Origin: Candidatus Latescibacterota bacterium
GTDB lineage: Bacteria; Latescibacterota; UBA2968
DNA length: 64,000 nucleotides
Assembly (NCBI GenBank): GCA_965208125.1
Contig: OZ242320.1
Location: forward strand, 1,152,001 to 1,216,000
Direction of reading: 5' to 3'
Shown here: positions 20,839 to 30,859 of the stretch, one piece after another
How positions within the stretch are numbered: position 1 is the first letter of the stretch
How the letters are laid out: the number at the start of each line of letters is the position of its first letter
The notes under the pieces: model-generated
Told to the model about the DNA's origin: nothing
The model's input: the letters and a program-made list of their open reading frames with translations, nothing else
Databases searched by the model: none
Program-made: the position numbers and the translations under genes

Positions 20839-20910
20839 TTAGACTCCAATTTGCTTCTAAAACTGCTATTCAATGCTTCAATTCTCCCATGCCCTGTGAA
20901 CGGAACAGCT

Positions 20911-21249
20911 TCACTGATGCCGTATCTGAATCGTCCAGATTCCAGGTGGCAAGCTATCCCATGCCATAACACTGCTGGCGACAAACTCGGCTTTCACTGG
21001 ATCTGGCACATCGCTATGAATGCGAAACAAGATGACGCCGTGAGGGGCGGACATACCGTCACGATGCACAAGGTCTCCAAAGTCCTTATCATAAGTTATC
21101 AGCGTACGTCTTTCCCGAGTTGCCAATTCCAGCAGGCTGGGGTCTGCTTCACCCCGGTCAGTTTCCTTCGTCCATCGCACATCCTGGCCTGCAGCACGTA
21201 GTCGGACAACGACCTGCTCCGATATATTTTCGTCGGCAAGTATTCTCAT
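20911..21249 (-). CDS. DUF5615-family PIN-like toxin (VapC45-like)
   Basis: MRILADENI...LRAAGQDV, LITYDKDFG, HGVILFR; directly downstream of DUF433. Confidence 0.85.
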   Translation of the reverse strand: MRILADENISEQVVVRLRAAGQDVRWTKETDRGEADPSLLELATRERRTLITYDKDFGDLVHRDGMSAPHGVILFRIHSDVPDPVKAEFVASSVMAWDSLPPGIWTIQIRHQ

Positions 21250-21525
21250 CTACCGTTTGCCATCCATAATAGCGTCAATATCTGCCCAGGTCACATTGGA
21301 CAGCTTTGCACCAGTGGCGGCGTACTCCTGACAGGCTCGAATATCCTCCGGGGTGATATGCGAGTACATACGAATGATATCAGCTTCGCTGCGCCCCCCG
21401 TCCAGCAATTCCATGATTAGTTCCACTGAAATCCGCGTGCCTTTTATTGTTGGTTTTCCGACCAGAATCAACGGGTCAGTGACGATGCGATCTTGCCAGA
21501 TTGGATTCTTTTCTGTTTTGGCCAT
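21250..21525 (-). CDS. DUF433-family antitoxin (VapB45-like)
   Basis: RIVTDP.IL.GKPTIKGTRISVELI.ELL..G.S..DI...Y..IT.EDIRAC..YAA. Confidence 0.88.
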   Translation of the reverse strand: MAKTEKNPIWQDRIVTDPLILVGKPTIKGTRISVELIMELLDGGRSEADIIRMYSHITPEDIRACQEYAATGAKLSNVTWADIDAIMDGKR

Positions 21526-21596
21526 AGCATGTCTCCTTTTTTATCCTTGAGTCTCCGCAATCCCATTACCTGAACCATTTGCACATGACGACATCG

Positions 21597-21719
21597 ACAG
21601 TGGAACAGCGCGTAGTACGTTGTGCTGACAGCCCTGAGAATGTTCGTCTCTCGTGTCCTGCCTTTGCTGTTCGCCTGAACCAAATCCCAGGCTGTTGCAA
21701 TAAAATCAAGCGGTTTCAA
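21597..21719 (-). pseudogene. Truncated HEPN-like gene (N-terminal ~40 codons only)
   Basis: LRAVSTTYYALFHC matches the HEPN first-helix 'A.S..YYA.FH' pattern; similarity ends there and the frame runs into the DUF433 leader. Confidence 0.6.
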
Positions 21720-22062
21720 TAGTTACCTCTGGGTGTTGTTGTCGCCATTTGGGATACAGACTCCACCACTCGGATTTCTCAACCCATGACGGGCTGGGGA
21801 ACTCTTCGATACCCGCCTCAATCAACTTAGGACGAATGCGTCTGATGAAACTGGATGTCCAACTGGAGTCGAGTCGCTTCTGGTCACCATCGAAGACAAT
21901 AATGATGCGAAGATACGTTTCGCCGCTGGCGTCAGAACCAAATTCATCGACCAGGGGCACTACTACAATGGGATCGAACACGAACTCGTCCGACGAGAAC
22001 CGTTCCACAATGGTCTCGCGGACAATGGTCTGGACTTTCTCATTCTGTTTCTGTGTCATCAC
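21706..22062 (-). CDS. Hypothetical protein, possibly a degenerate MNT-like partner of the HEPN fragment
   Basis: 118-aa ORF with GGGAGA SD, overlapping the start of the HEPN-like ORF. Confidence 0.6.
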   Translation of the reverse strand: MMTQKQNEKVQTIVRETIVERFSSDEFVFDPIVVVPLVDEFGSDASGETYLRIIIVFDGDQKRLDSSWTSSFIRRIRPKLIEAGIEEFPSPSWVEKSEWWSLYPKWRQQHPEVTIETA

Positions 22063-22104
22063 AGTGTCTCCCTGACAAGCTAAATTATTCTTTTTAAAAA
22101 TTTT

Positions 22105-22386
22105 CTAATTCTTTACGACGCAATTCGTCACTTGATCTCGTGCAGCATCCCAAATATCCGCTCCCAGAGGGGATACAATATCAACTTCCTCCAGAACTGT
22201 TCCTTTCAACTTGCCAGGCTCTTGAACCGCTGCACCTTCTGAAACATCTGCCCCATAGGCTAATGGTACTACCTTAACAATCGCCTTTCCCCGTTTTGTC
22301 ACGATCACAGGTTCGCCTGTTTGAACAACCTGTTCCAAAATTCCAAGTGCCTGAGCCTTAAATTCAGTCACACTCCATGTCTGCAT
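22105..22386 (-). CDS. Phd/YefM-family type II antitoxin (orphan)
   Basis: SVTEFKAQALGILEQV..TGEPVIVTKRGKAIVKVVP; GAGGA SD. Confidence 0.85.
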   Translation of the reverse strand: MQTWSVTEFKAQALGILEQVVQTGEPVIVTKRGKAIVKVVPLAYGADVSEGAAVQEPGKLKGTVLEEVDIVSPLGADIWDAARDQVTNCVVKN

Positions 22387-22440
22387 TATTTCCTCCTATA
22401 ATCTCATTTTTCAACTGACCATTTTTTAAAAGCTTACACA

Positions 22441-22612
22441 CTGATACTTACTCTTGCAATGAACTCTGATACAGCGGTATGGTGGTCTCTAAGATCATGT
22501 AATGTATAGTCAAACTGCAAAAATTCGCATTTTATGTGAATTTTTGTCACCGCAATACATGATTTTATGTATAAACTGGCTCAATGCAGAGTTCATCTAA
22601 AAGTTCTATCAG
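22441..22612 (+). other. Long imperfect rod-like inverted repeat (candidate structured ncRNA or decayed palindromic element)
   Basis: Four nested stems: 22441-46/22607-12, 22459-68/22587-96, 22490-504/22553-67, 22517-30/22534-47. Confidence 0.5.
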
Positions 22613-22795
22613 AGAAATTTTTCGTATTCTTTAAAAATTATAGTGATCTTTTAATCAATATATCCCAAAGCCAAAAAGGTGTCAACGAACCCTGAGTCAC
22701 AAATATTTGACACGATGTAATAGACAGTTGCGAGAACCGAATTCACCTGCTATTTTACCAGAGAATTTATGGAACTAAAACAGCGGAGGAATATA

Positions 22796-25084
22796 ATGAA
22801 ACTCTGGTATAACGAACCGGCGGAAAATTGGAATCACGCCTTGCCCGTGGGGTGTGGGAAACTCGGCGCCATGGTATTTGGTGGGGTAAGTCATGAACGC
22901 ATACAAATGAACGAAGACTCGATCTGGGCGGGACCTCCCGTACCCAAATCACCACCGGGCGCGCAGAAGGTCGTCGCACGCGCGCGTCAACTGCTCTTCG
23001 AAGGCAAATACACCGAAGCGCAGGACCTCGTGCAAGAAGGCGTCATGGGAGAACGCATAGTACCGCGCAGCTATCAGACACTGGGCGACTTGCTCATCGA
23101 GCAAAGTGGCGTCGAACAACACACCGATTACCGCCGCGAACTCTCGCTAAACTCCGCAATCGCCACAACGCAATGGGTTGCAAATGGCGTCGCATATCAT
23201 CGAGAAGTATTTGCCACAGCAATCGACCGTGCAATAATCTGTCGCATCGCATCGGACAAAGCAGGCGCAATATCGTGTCGGATATCTTTTCATCGGGAAG
23301 AAAATGCGCAGTGGTCGGGCATATCTGAAAACACACTCCTAATAACCGGCCGCGCGGGACACGGAGAAACCCATCCCGGCGTCAAATTCTCTGCAGGAAT
23401 CAAAGCAATTGCCGAAAACGGGCGCGTCCAGTGTGCCGACGACGTTCTCATCGTCGAAAATGCAGACGCAGTCACAATAGCCGTCTGCGCCGATACCGAC
23501 TACAACTTTGACGACCCCTACACGCCCCTGACACACGACCTGCAAGCCTCCGCAATATCCACAATCGAAACGTGTGGAGCACGTCCGTACTCCCGCGTAA
23601 AGCGCGATCATACCCGGGATCACAGCACCTACTTTAACCGATGTGCCTTCTCCCTCGGAGAAGACAAAAATGACCACATCCCCACAGACCGCCGCCTCGC
23701 CGAATTCGAACACACATCGGACCCCGCGCTCGTCGCACTCTACTTCAACTTCGGACGCTACCTGACAATCTGTTGCTCCCGCCCGGGCAGTTTGTGCGCC
23801 AATCTACAGGGCATCTGGAACCAGGAATACGAAGCCCCGTGGAACAGCGACTACCACATCAACATCAATATCCAGATGATCTACTGGCTCTGTGAACTCG
23901 TCGGCCTGCCCGAATGCCATGAACCGTATTTGGAGTTTTCAAACGCCCTGCGCACAACAGCCCGCCAAACAGCAACAGAAGTCTATGGCTATCGCGGAAC
24001 CGCAGCGCATCACACAACAGATGCGTGGCGATTCACCGACCCATTGGGAAAGGTCCAATACGGCATGTGGCCCATGGGCTGCGGATGGAACAGCAGGCAC
24101 TTTATGGAACACTGGGATTTCAACGGCTCAGAAACATTTCTGCGAGACCAGGCCTGGCCGGTTGTGCGGGACGCCGCCCTGTTCTTTCTCGACTGGTTGG
24201 CAGAAGATCCAAAAACCGGCAAACTCGTATCCGGTCCCTCTTCTTCCCCAGAAAACCGCTTCCTCGCGCCGGGCACGCAGGACGTGTGCAACCTCGTCAT
24301 GGGACCGAGCATGGACCAGCAGATCATCTGGGAAACATTTACAAATTGTCTGCGCTGTGCCGAAATCCTATCCCTCAACGACCCCATTATCGACGACATA
24401 AAAAGCGCGCTATCCAGCCTCGCAGAACCGCAAATCGGCTCCGATGGACGCCTGATGGAATGGACGGAAGAATTTGAAGAACCAGAACCGGGACATCGGC
24501 ATATTTCACATATCTACGGCGTATATCCCGGCTTCCAACTCGTCAACCAACCCGACTTTCTATCTGCCACGCGCAAAAGCATAGAACACCGCCTCGCGCA
24601 TGGCGGCGGACACACGGGCTGGAGCAGAGCCTGGCTCATCAACGTGTGGGCGCGCCTGAAAGACGCGGATCGCGCCTGGGAAGATGTGCGGCAACTGCTC
24701 ATACGATCAACACTGCCCAATCTATTCGACAACCATCCCCCGTTTCAGATGGACGGCAACATGGGCGGTGCCGCGGGCATTGTGGAAATGATATTACAAA
24801 GCCATCATCAGGCTATTGAGCTATTTCCCGCACTGCCAGACGCATGGACAGAAGGCAACGCAGAAGGACTGCGGGCAAGGGGTGGATTTATTGTAGATTT
24901 ACAATGGAAAAACGGGGAAAAATCCGCGCACATAACTTCCCTATTGGGCAATCCCATCCGCATGCAATACAACGGCTCTATGCGCGCAGTCAATGACGAC
25001 CAGACGGTCATCGCAGAAGGACAGGGGGAAATAGCGTTCCAAACTGAAAAAGGAAAAAGCTACAATATTGCGCTCGGGGCATAA
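22796..25084 (+). CDS. GH95 alpha-L-fucosidase / L-galactosidase
   Basis: [75 protein letters not shown]; GGAGGA SD; no signal peptide. Confidence 0.92.
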   Translation: MKLWYNEPAENWNHALPVGCGKLGAMVFGGVSHERIQMNEDSIWAGPPVPKSPPGAQKVVARARQLLFEGKYTEAQDLVQEGVMGERIVPRSYQTLGDLLIEQSGVEQHTDYRRELSLNSAIATTQWVANGVAYHREVFATAIDRAIICRIASDKAGAISCRISFHREENAQWSGISENTLLITGRAGHGETHPGVKFSAGIKAIAENGRVQCADDVLIVENADAVTIAVCADTDYNFDDPYTPLTHDLQASAISTIETCGARPYSRVKRDHTRDHSTYFNRCAFSLGEDKNDHIPTDRRLAEFEHTSDPALVALYFNFGRYLTICCSRPGSLCANLQGIWNQEYEAPWNSDYHININIQMIYWLCELVGLPECHEPYLEFSNALRTTARQTATEVYGYRGTAAHHTTDAWRFTDPLGKVQYGMWPMGCGWNSRHFMEHWDFNGSETFLRDQAWPVVRDAALFFLDWLAEDPKTGKLVSGPSSSPENRFLAPGTQDVCNLVMGPSMDQQIIWETFTNCLRCAEILSLNDPIIDDIKSALSSLAEPQIGSDGRLMEWTEEFEEPEPGHRHISHIYGVYPGFQLVNQPDFLSATRKSIEHRLAHGGGHTGWSRAWLINVWARLKDADRAWEDVRQLLIRSTLPNLFDNHPPFQMDGNMGGAAGIVEMILQSHHQAIELFPALPDAWTEGNAEGLRARGGFIVDLQWKNGEKSAHITSLLGNPIRMQYNGSMRAVNDDQTVIAEGQGEIAFQTEKGKSYNIALGA

Positions 25085-25119
25085 GTTATTTAAGCGCACT
25101 GGATCGCGGCTAACACCCT

Positions 25120-25139
25120 GCCGCGATGACGGCTTTTTT
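25120..25139 (+). terminator. Possible weak intrinsic terminator after GH95
   Basis: GCCG-cgatga-CGGC followed by T6. Confidence 0.35.
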
Positions 25140-25154
25140 GATGGGGTTTTGTCA

Positions 25155-25922
25155 TCATCTCCCAATAATTAAACCATCGGGATCGACCTCATCGCGCAAA
25201 ATGCACAACTCCTCTTCCGTGGGCGGCACAGTCTCTTCAAGAGAATCTACCCGACCCAATTCAAACCCGGTATTCTCCTGCACCTCTTCAAACGTCACGC
25301 CGGGATGCAAACTTTCGACCTGCATCCGACATGTATCTCCATCAAAACTCATCACAGCCAGATCCGTAATCACGCGATAAGGTCCCCCGCCTCTGGGCAA
25401 CCCCGCAGCCTCGCGCGCACCGGGTCCGGTCAGAAAACCGGGCGTCGTCAAAAAATCAACCTCTTCCACAAAACGACGGCGATCGTGCTGTGTAATAATC
25501 AGCGTGCGCCAGCAAAAACTTGCAAAATCATTGGCCCCCCCGCTACCCGGAAAACGCACGCGCGGTTTTTTGTAATCGCCAATAACCGTAGAATTTAAAT
25601 TCCCATACGCATCGATCTGAGCACCGCCCAAAAACGCGTAATCCATCACACCCCGCTGACACGCCTCCATAATATCACACATACTCGTCGCCATAAGTGC
25701 CCGATGTGTCGTGCGCGAATCACCCACGGAAATGGGCATCGCGGGCAACATCGGCGCCAAACCACCCGCCTCAAAAGCCACCAAAAGCCCCGGCGCATGC
25801 GTCTTTTGCGCCAGCATCGCCGCAGCACACGGCGCCCCCGTGCCCACCCCAACAGTCGCCCCATCTTCCAGCAACCGGGACGCCACGCAAATCGCCATTT
25901 CAACTTCATTGTAATCAGACAT
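25155..25922 (-). CDS. Family I CoA-transferase beta subunit (glutaconate CoA-transferase GctB-like)
   Basis: VGVGTG, FEAG, FLGGAQID.YGNLNST, PGSGGAND, VITDLAV, SLHPGV. Confidence 0.88.
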   Translation of the reverse strand: MSDYNEVEMAICVASRLLEDGATVGVGTGAPCAAAMLAQKTHAPGLLVAFEAGGLAPMLPAMPISVGDSRTTHRALMATSMCDIMEACQRGVMDYAFLGGAQIDAYGNLNSTVIGDYKKPRVRFPGSGGANDFASFCWRTLIITQHDRRRFVEEVDFLTTPGFLTGPGAREAAGLPRGGGPYRVITDLAVMSFDGDTCRMQVESLHPGVTFEEVQENTGFELGRVDSLEETVPPTEEELCILRDEVDPDGLIIGR

Positions 25923-25933
25923 ACCCTGCACCC

Positions 25934-26923
25934 TTACTTTTCCAACCTTCGCAACTCCGCCAACCGCTCTTCGCCACCGCAAATCTCCAGATAGTCCTCA
26001 AAACAATCAACGCCATACAAATACTTATCCAGAAACGCGCGATATGTCCCCACATCTCGCTCAGCGTCCAACCACGCTTTAAGATGCACCTCATCCGAGA
26101 AATACTCCCCAGCCATATTGCCGGGATACGATCCATAAGGCACATGACACACCGCATCAACACAAAAAGCCGGAATCGCGGTCGCATTTGGATCGCTGCG
26201 AATCTCATCTGTACTCACAATGCGCTCCGCACTCACAATCACACGTTTGGATGCACGCGACAAATCCCAATCAGCCACAGTAATACCTCGGATGCGACAA
26301 TTCCCGAACAAATCACTCTCATGCACGTGAATAAGTGCCACATCGGGAAACAGAGCTGGCACAACCGTCAGCGATTTGCCCGTAAAAGGACACGCGATCT
26401 CCTTTGCCGCACTCTCCCGAAACGTATCGGTCCCCAACATACTGCGAACAGGCACAAAAGGCACACCCGTCGCCGCCGCCCGAAATCGACATGCCAGCGC
26501 GTAATTTGTCCACTCACACACCTCCACATCTCCGCTCTCCATCAACCGCCGCGCCTGTGCCGACAACCCGCGCGCTTCTAACCCTAAAATATAAGCCGCA
26601 TCCAACCGCGAAAAAATCTGCTTCCCCGTACGCGTACCCGCTGCCAAAATCTGAAAATCGTGCGTCGTCGTATGCCCGGCAAACCCCAGATTTGTTCGCT
26701 CCTGCCGCACAACCTCGTGCAAAAGAGCCGTCGCAATCCTGTTCCCACCAAACCCGCCAGAAGCCAAATAGTCACCATCGTGCACAAACCGCGCAATCGC
26801 ATCAGACACAGACATCAGCTTATCTGTCAACGCGCCCTTCTTCTCTCGAAAAAATGCCCGTGCAACATCTGGATCGGGATCTGTAAACAGCGGTCCGCGG
26901 CCTGTATTTTCAGAATTTGTCAT
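25934..26923 (-). CDS. Family I CoA-transferase alpha subunit (GctA-like)
   Basis: KLMSVSDAIARFVHDGD..GGF, RFRAAA.GVPF.PVRS.LGTD, CPFTG, PDVALIHV..SD..GN. Confidence 0.88.
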   Translation of the reverse strand: MTNSENTGRGPLFTDPDPDVARAFFREKKGALTDKLMSVSDAIARFVHDGDYLASGGFGGNRIATALLHEVVRQERTNLGFAGHTTTHDFQILAAGTRTGKQIFSRLDAAYILGLEARGLSAQARRLMESGDVEVCEWTNYALACRFRAAATGVPFVPVRSMLGTDTFRESAAKEIACPFTGKSLTVVPALFPDVALIHVHESDLFGNCRIRGITVADWDLSRASKRVIVSAERIVSTDEIRSDPNATAIPAFCVDAVCHVPYGSYPGNMAGEYFSDEVHLKAWLDAERDVGTYRAFLDKYLYGVDCFEDYLEICGGEERLAELRRLEK

Positions 26924-26933
26924 TATTCCCACC

Positions 26934-27704
26934 TCACAACGCTGTCCAGCCGCCATCCACCAGCAGCGTATGCCCCGTAATGAGATCGGCAGCCGGACTG
27001 GCCAAAAACACCACAGCCCCCACCACATCTTCGGGCTGTCCCACGCGCCCCAGAGGAATGCGAGAAAGCAAATCCTCGCGCAACTCGGCATTATCAAACG
27101 TCGATTGTGTCAACGGCGTCAAAATAAACGTCGGCCCCACGGCATTCACCGTAATCTGATAGGACGCCCACTCCACAGCCAACACCCGCGTCAAATTCAC
27201 CACACCGGCCTTACTCGAACAATAAGCCGCCCGCTTGTAATACCCCACCACCCCATTTTGCGACGCAATATTGACAATTTTGCCACCACCCGTCTCAATC
27301 ATCGACCGCGCCACGCGCTGCGACATAAAAAACAACCCCTTCAAATTCACATCCAGCACCCCATCCCAATCCGCCTCTGTCACCTCGAGCGCATCCCTGG
27401 GAATATTCACACCCGCATTATTCACCAGAACATCAACCCTGCCATACGTATCAATAACCCGGCTCACCGCCGCATCAATACTCTCCTGATCCGGCAATTG
27501 CAACGCCAATGGCAATGCCCGTTGCCCCAAATCTCCAACCCCTTCACACACCTCATTCAGCGCATCGACCTTCTGCGGCACCTCACACACCGCCACATCG
27601 GCACCCACCTCAGCCGCCGCCAGCGCAATCGCCCGTCCAATACCCGAACCCGCACCCGTCACCAGCACCACCTTATCATCCAATCGCATACTGGGCAAAA
27701 CCAT
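26934..27704 (-). CDS. Classical short-chain dehydrogenase/reductase (KduD/gluconate dehydrogenase-like)
   Basis: TGAGSGIG, NNAG, IAS, YCSSK, VDGGW; CAGGAG SD before ATG 27704. Confidence 0.9.
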   Translation of the reverse strand: MVLPSMRLDDKVVLVTGAGSGIGRAIALAAAEVGADVAVCEVPQKVDALNEVCEGVGDLGQRALPLALQLPDQESIDAAVSRVIDTYGRVDVLVNNAGVNIPRDALEVTEADWDGVLDVNLKGLFFMSQRVARSMIETGGGKIVNIASQNGVVGYYKRAAYCSSKAGVVNLTRVLAVEWASYQITVNAVGPTFILTPLTQSTFDNAELREDLLSRIPLGRVGQPEDVVGAVVFLASPAADLITGHTLLVDGGWTAL

Positions 27705-27722
27705 TACAAACTCCTGAACGGC

Positions 27723-27801
27723 GGTAAAAGGTAAGATACAAGACGTAAAAGGTAAGACGACCACCCCACCCCCTCTCACGTTTTCCGTCTCACGTCTTAC
27801 C
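27723..27801. repeat. Two inverted heptamer arrays (GGTAAGA-like / TCTCACG-like)
   Basis: ggtaaaa ggtaaga tacaaga cgtaaaa ggtaaga ... tctcacg ttttccg tctcacg tcttacc. Confidence 0.65.
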
Positions 27802-30700
27802 TGATTTTAATATTATTCTCCGTATGTCGGCAAGAAATATCATCATCCCCGCGAAAATTCTTACACCCCCAGAAAGCCCCATAGCGACCAGTACGCTGAA
27901 CCATATCCGCGCCACACTTCGGGCAAACAGGCAACCATGAATCACAATCGGGATCGAGGCATAATTTGAAGCGACCAGTGCGCTGCATCGGATTGCCACA
28001 CGCTTGACATCCGCTCTCAGTATGATTGCACAACGGATAATTGCTACAACCGTAAAACGACTTATCCTGCACGGCAACAAGCGTACCCGTCTTGCACTTC
28101 ACACAGCGAATGCGCTCAAAAGACGCTTGTTCCAAACTGGTCTCAAAATCGTCCAGTGCCAGCGGATATTTATTCTTCAACAACTCGACCAAAAACTCAG
28201 ACGCATTCGTCATATCCCCAATCAAATACACGCGCTGTTTGGCGCGCGTCAGCGCGACATAAAACAAACGGCGCTCCTCCGAATATGGAAAAGGATCTAA
28301 CGCGGGCAACAGCGCCTCGAGCAAAGAATGAGAAGTCTTCTGCGAAGGAAAACCGTACTGACCGCGTTCAAGCCCCAGCACCACCACATAATCCGCTTCC
28401 AACCCCTTCGCACCGTGAACGGTATTGCACGCAATAGACAAAGTGGAAAACCGCTTCCTCAACATCATCATCTGCGTGTCATTGGGCAAGTTAAAACGAA
28501 ACCTGCTCAACAAATAAACCGAACTCCCCTCTTCCGCCCGCGCGGCGACATGCGCCAGCACACGATCCAGCCGATCGTCAAGATCCGCCTCTGAACCGCG
28601 ACGCTTCTTCTCACGCAACAGCGAAACCGCGGGATGATTGACCATCGCGTGTGTAGTCAACGACTTTTTAACCTGCGCCGGATTCTCAGTCACAAACAGG
28701 GATGCAACATCGCAAATACTATTATTGAACCGAAAAGTCTTATCCAGAACCGTAATTTTAGTAGCCCCAAATCTCTCTTCAAAATCCGTAGTAAACCGAA
28801 TATCGCTACCCGTAAAGCGATAAATCGACTGCCAATCATCCCCCACGCAAAACAGAGAACACACATCAACAGATTCTCTCAAAGTCTTAACCAAGCGCGC
28901 ACGCGGCTCGGATATATCCTGAAACTCATCCACCAGAATATATCGCCAGGGCGAAACAAAGCGACCACTTTGCACATACGCGATTGCCCTGCCAATCATA
29001 TCGTCAAAATCGATATGCCTGTTTTCTTTCAAAAACGCTTCATACTTCTCATAAATCGGCACCACAATTTTCAAAGCCTGCTGCTGAACCAAACTCAGGT
29101 CATCGCCCTGGACAATCTCCTTCCACAGTTGATCTGGACGGGGCAAATGGCTCTTATACCGCCTCAACAAATCCGCGAGCAACGGAGTCAAATCGCGAAT
29201 CGCCCCAAACTCCCTCAGCGTATCCAGCATCTCATCTGGCGAACGCGGATTAAATTGCACCCCAGCCTGTATTAATTTCTCCTGCAAACCCGTCAGCAAG
29301 CAACCTTCGGTATATTCGTAGTGAAAAGTCTCAATCAAGCGCGTCCCGTACTTCTCGTGAACTCCGCGCTTCCATGCCATCCCCGCGTGATACTTCTTCT
29401 TCTCCACATAAGGCGCTGTATTGCCATCGCGGTCTATACCCCAGTGCTCCAGATAAATACCGCAATCCGGAAGATAAAAATCGGGCTGATATTGCCGATA
29501 ATCCGTATCCCTCGTCTCATGCTCATAAGCGGCTTCGTATTTATACGTCACCCCCAGCATAAACAGACGATTGGCGATCCACAACTCACCCAGACCTTTT
29601 ACCGTCTCCCCTTGAAGCGTGCGAATCTCATTCGCAGAAATATATTCAAAGTACTCCCCCTGGGTTTTAAAATCAAAGGGATTGACCTCTTGATACCTGT
29701 AATACCCCAGATAATCCAGAACCCATTGTCTATAGGTAGGGATCTCAAGCAACGCCTCAAACCACTCATCGACATGCTTCTCCAGCAACGCGCCATCTGT
29801 AGCCAGAGGAGAAATCGAAGGCTGCGCCTTTTCGACCGAAGCAATAATATCCTTGCCCAACTTGTGAAACGTACTCGCAACAACGCCTTTTTTGTCCACG
29901 CGCTCATCCAGCCGCTCCTGCATCTCTTTTGCCGCCTTATTCGCAAAAGCCAGCATGAGAACCTCATCGGGCTGTGCCTGCCCGCTCTCAACCAAAAAAC
30001 CCGCGCGTCCCACCATCGCACTCGTCTTGCCAGTACCCGCACCAGCCAGCACCAGATTATTGTCCTCATCTATCACACAGGCATCGCGCTGGCTCTCGCT
30101 CAGCGGATTGCTCTCCACCCCATCAAAAAAGGTCGAAAACTGGTCCTTGAGGCGACTGACATATTGCGCGCGAAAAACTTCCACCTCTTGACCACCCCAG
30201 TGTGCCACCTCCTGCACCAGCGTGAAATCGGCATGGCGACCGCGATCCAAATACCCCACCGCCGGCACCTTGCGAAACTGGTCGAGCATTTCCTGTGCCA
30301 TCGCCCTGATCTTTAACCAGCGGGAACTGCGCAGATAACCCGCATCCAGCAATCTATTAATCTCCTCGGCACACCGCTGTACCTTTGACGCGAACTTTTG
30401 AGACTCCTCCAACCAATACCAGTAATCCTGCAACCAGTTGAAAAACCCATCCACCTCTGCTTTGCCCAACCCCTTCAACCGCTCCTCTCCGCGATCCGTC
30501 GGCAACGCCAGCTCAAAAAACAGCCTCCCGCGATATAATACATCTTCTCGCGTCAAATCTTCAGCGCATAAGGCAAAGCGTTTGCCCCCGGCCCTCTCCA
30601 AAATCAGACCATCAGATGAAATTAAAATCGTTGCCATCCTCGCGCCCAAAAGACGCATCACCCAATGCGGGGTAATACTTTTGTTTTTAAGTGTATTCAT
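27797..30700 (-). CDS. helD: DNA helicase IV (UvrD/SF1) with inserted nuclease-like domain and C-terminal topoisomerase-type Zn ribbons
   Basis: LAGAGTGKT, LAFANKAA.EM.ER, STFH, LVDEFQD, VGDDWQSIYRF, EERRLFYVALTRAK; CPKCG.DMV.R.G.YG.FWGC. Confidence 0.88.
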   Translation of the reverse strand: MNTLKNKSITPHWVMRLLGARMATILISSDGLILERAGGKRFALCAEDLTREDVLYRGRLFFELALPTDRGEERLKGLGKAEVDGFFNWLQDYWYWLEESQKFASKVQRCAEEINRLLDAGYLRSSRWLKIRAMAQEMLDQFRKVPAVGYLDRGRHADFTLVQEVAHWGGQEVEVFRAQYVSRLKDQFSTFFDGVESNPLSESQRDACVIDEDNNLVLAGAGTGKTSAMVGRAGFLVESGQAQPDEVLMLAFANKAAKEMQERLDERVDKKGVVASTFHKLGKDIIASVEKAQPSISPLATDGALLEKHVDEWFEALLEIPTYRQWVLDYLGYYRYQEVNPFDFKTQGEYFEYISANEIRTLQGETVKGLGELWIANRLFMLGVTYKYEAAYEHETRDTDYRQYQPDFYLPDCGIYLEHWGIDRDGNTAPYVEKKKYHAGMAWKRGVHEKYGTRLIETFHYEYTEGCLLTGLQEKLIQAGVQFNPRSPDEMLDTLREFGAIRDLTPLLADLLRRYKSHLPRPDQLWKEIVQGDDLSLVQQQALKIVVPIYEKYEAFLKENRHIDFDDMIGRAIAYVQSGRFVSPWRYILVDEFQDISEPRARLVKTLRESVDVCSLFCVGDDWQSIYRFTGSDIRFTTDFEERFGATKITVLDKTFRFNNSICDVASLFVTENPAQVKKSLTTHAMVNHPAVSLLREKKRRGSEADLDDRLDRVLAHVAARAEEGSSVYLLSRFRFNLPNDTQMMMLRKRFSTLSIACNTVHGAKGLEADYVVVLGLERGQYGFPSQKTSHSLLEALLPALDPFPYSEERRLFYVALTRAKQRVYLIGDMTNASEFLVELLKNKYPLALDDFETSLEQASFERIRCVKCKTGTLVAVQDKSFYGCSNYPLCNHTESGCQACGNPMQRTGRFKLCLDPDCDSWLPVCPKCGADMVQRTGRYGAFWGCKNFRGDDDISCRHTENNIKIR

Positions 30701-30712
30701 TCATCAATTCTC

Positions 30713-30747
30713 AAAAAAGAAAAGCCCCCTTGCTCAGGAGACTTTTC
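30713..30747 (-). terminator. Intrinsic terminator downstream of clpP
   Basis: Minus strand GAAAAGTCTCCT-GAGCA-AGGGGGCTTTTC followed by a T-tract; stem includes G-U pairs. Confidence 0.6.
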
Positions 30748-30756
30748 AGAAATAGC

Positions 30757-30830
30757 GGGCGACCACAAGGGGTCGCCCCTACAAATCGGATTCACAATAT
30801 CACCGTAGGGGACGGCCCCTGTGCCGTCCC
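30757..30830. repeat. REP doublet, second copy
   Basis: Second arm (30805-30830) identical to 15795-15820; first arm differs by 1 nt from 15753-15778; spacer 22 nt and related. Confidence 0.85.
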
Positions 30831-30859
30831 GCACCTACAGTCCAACCACCCCCTACCCC

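Noticed and set aside
19749-22612. Integron cassette array interpretation of the TA islet
   Set aside because: No integrase and no convincing RYYYAAC...GTTRRRY attC sites seen by eye
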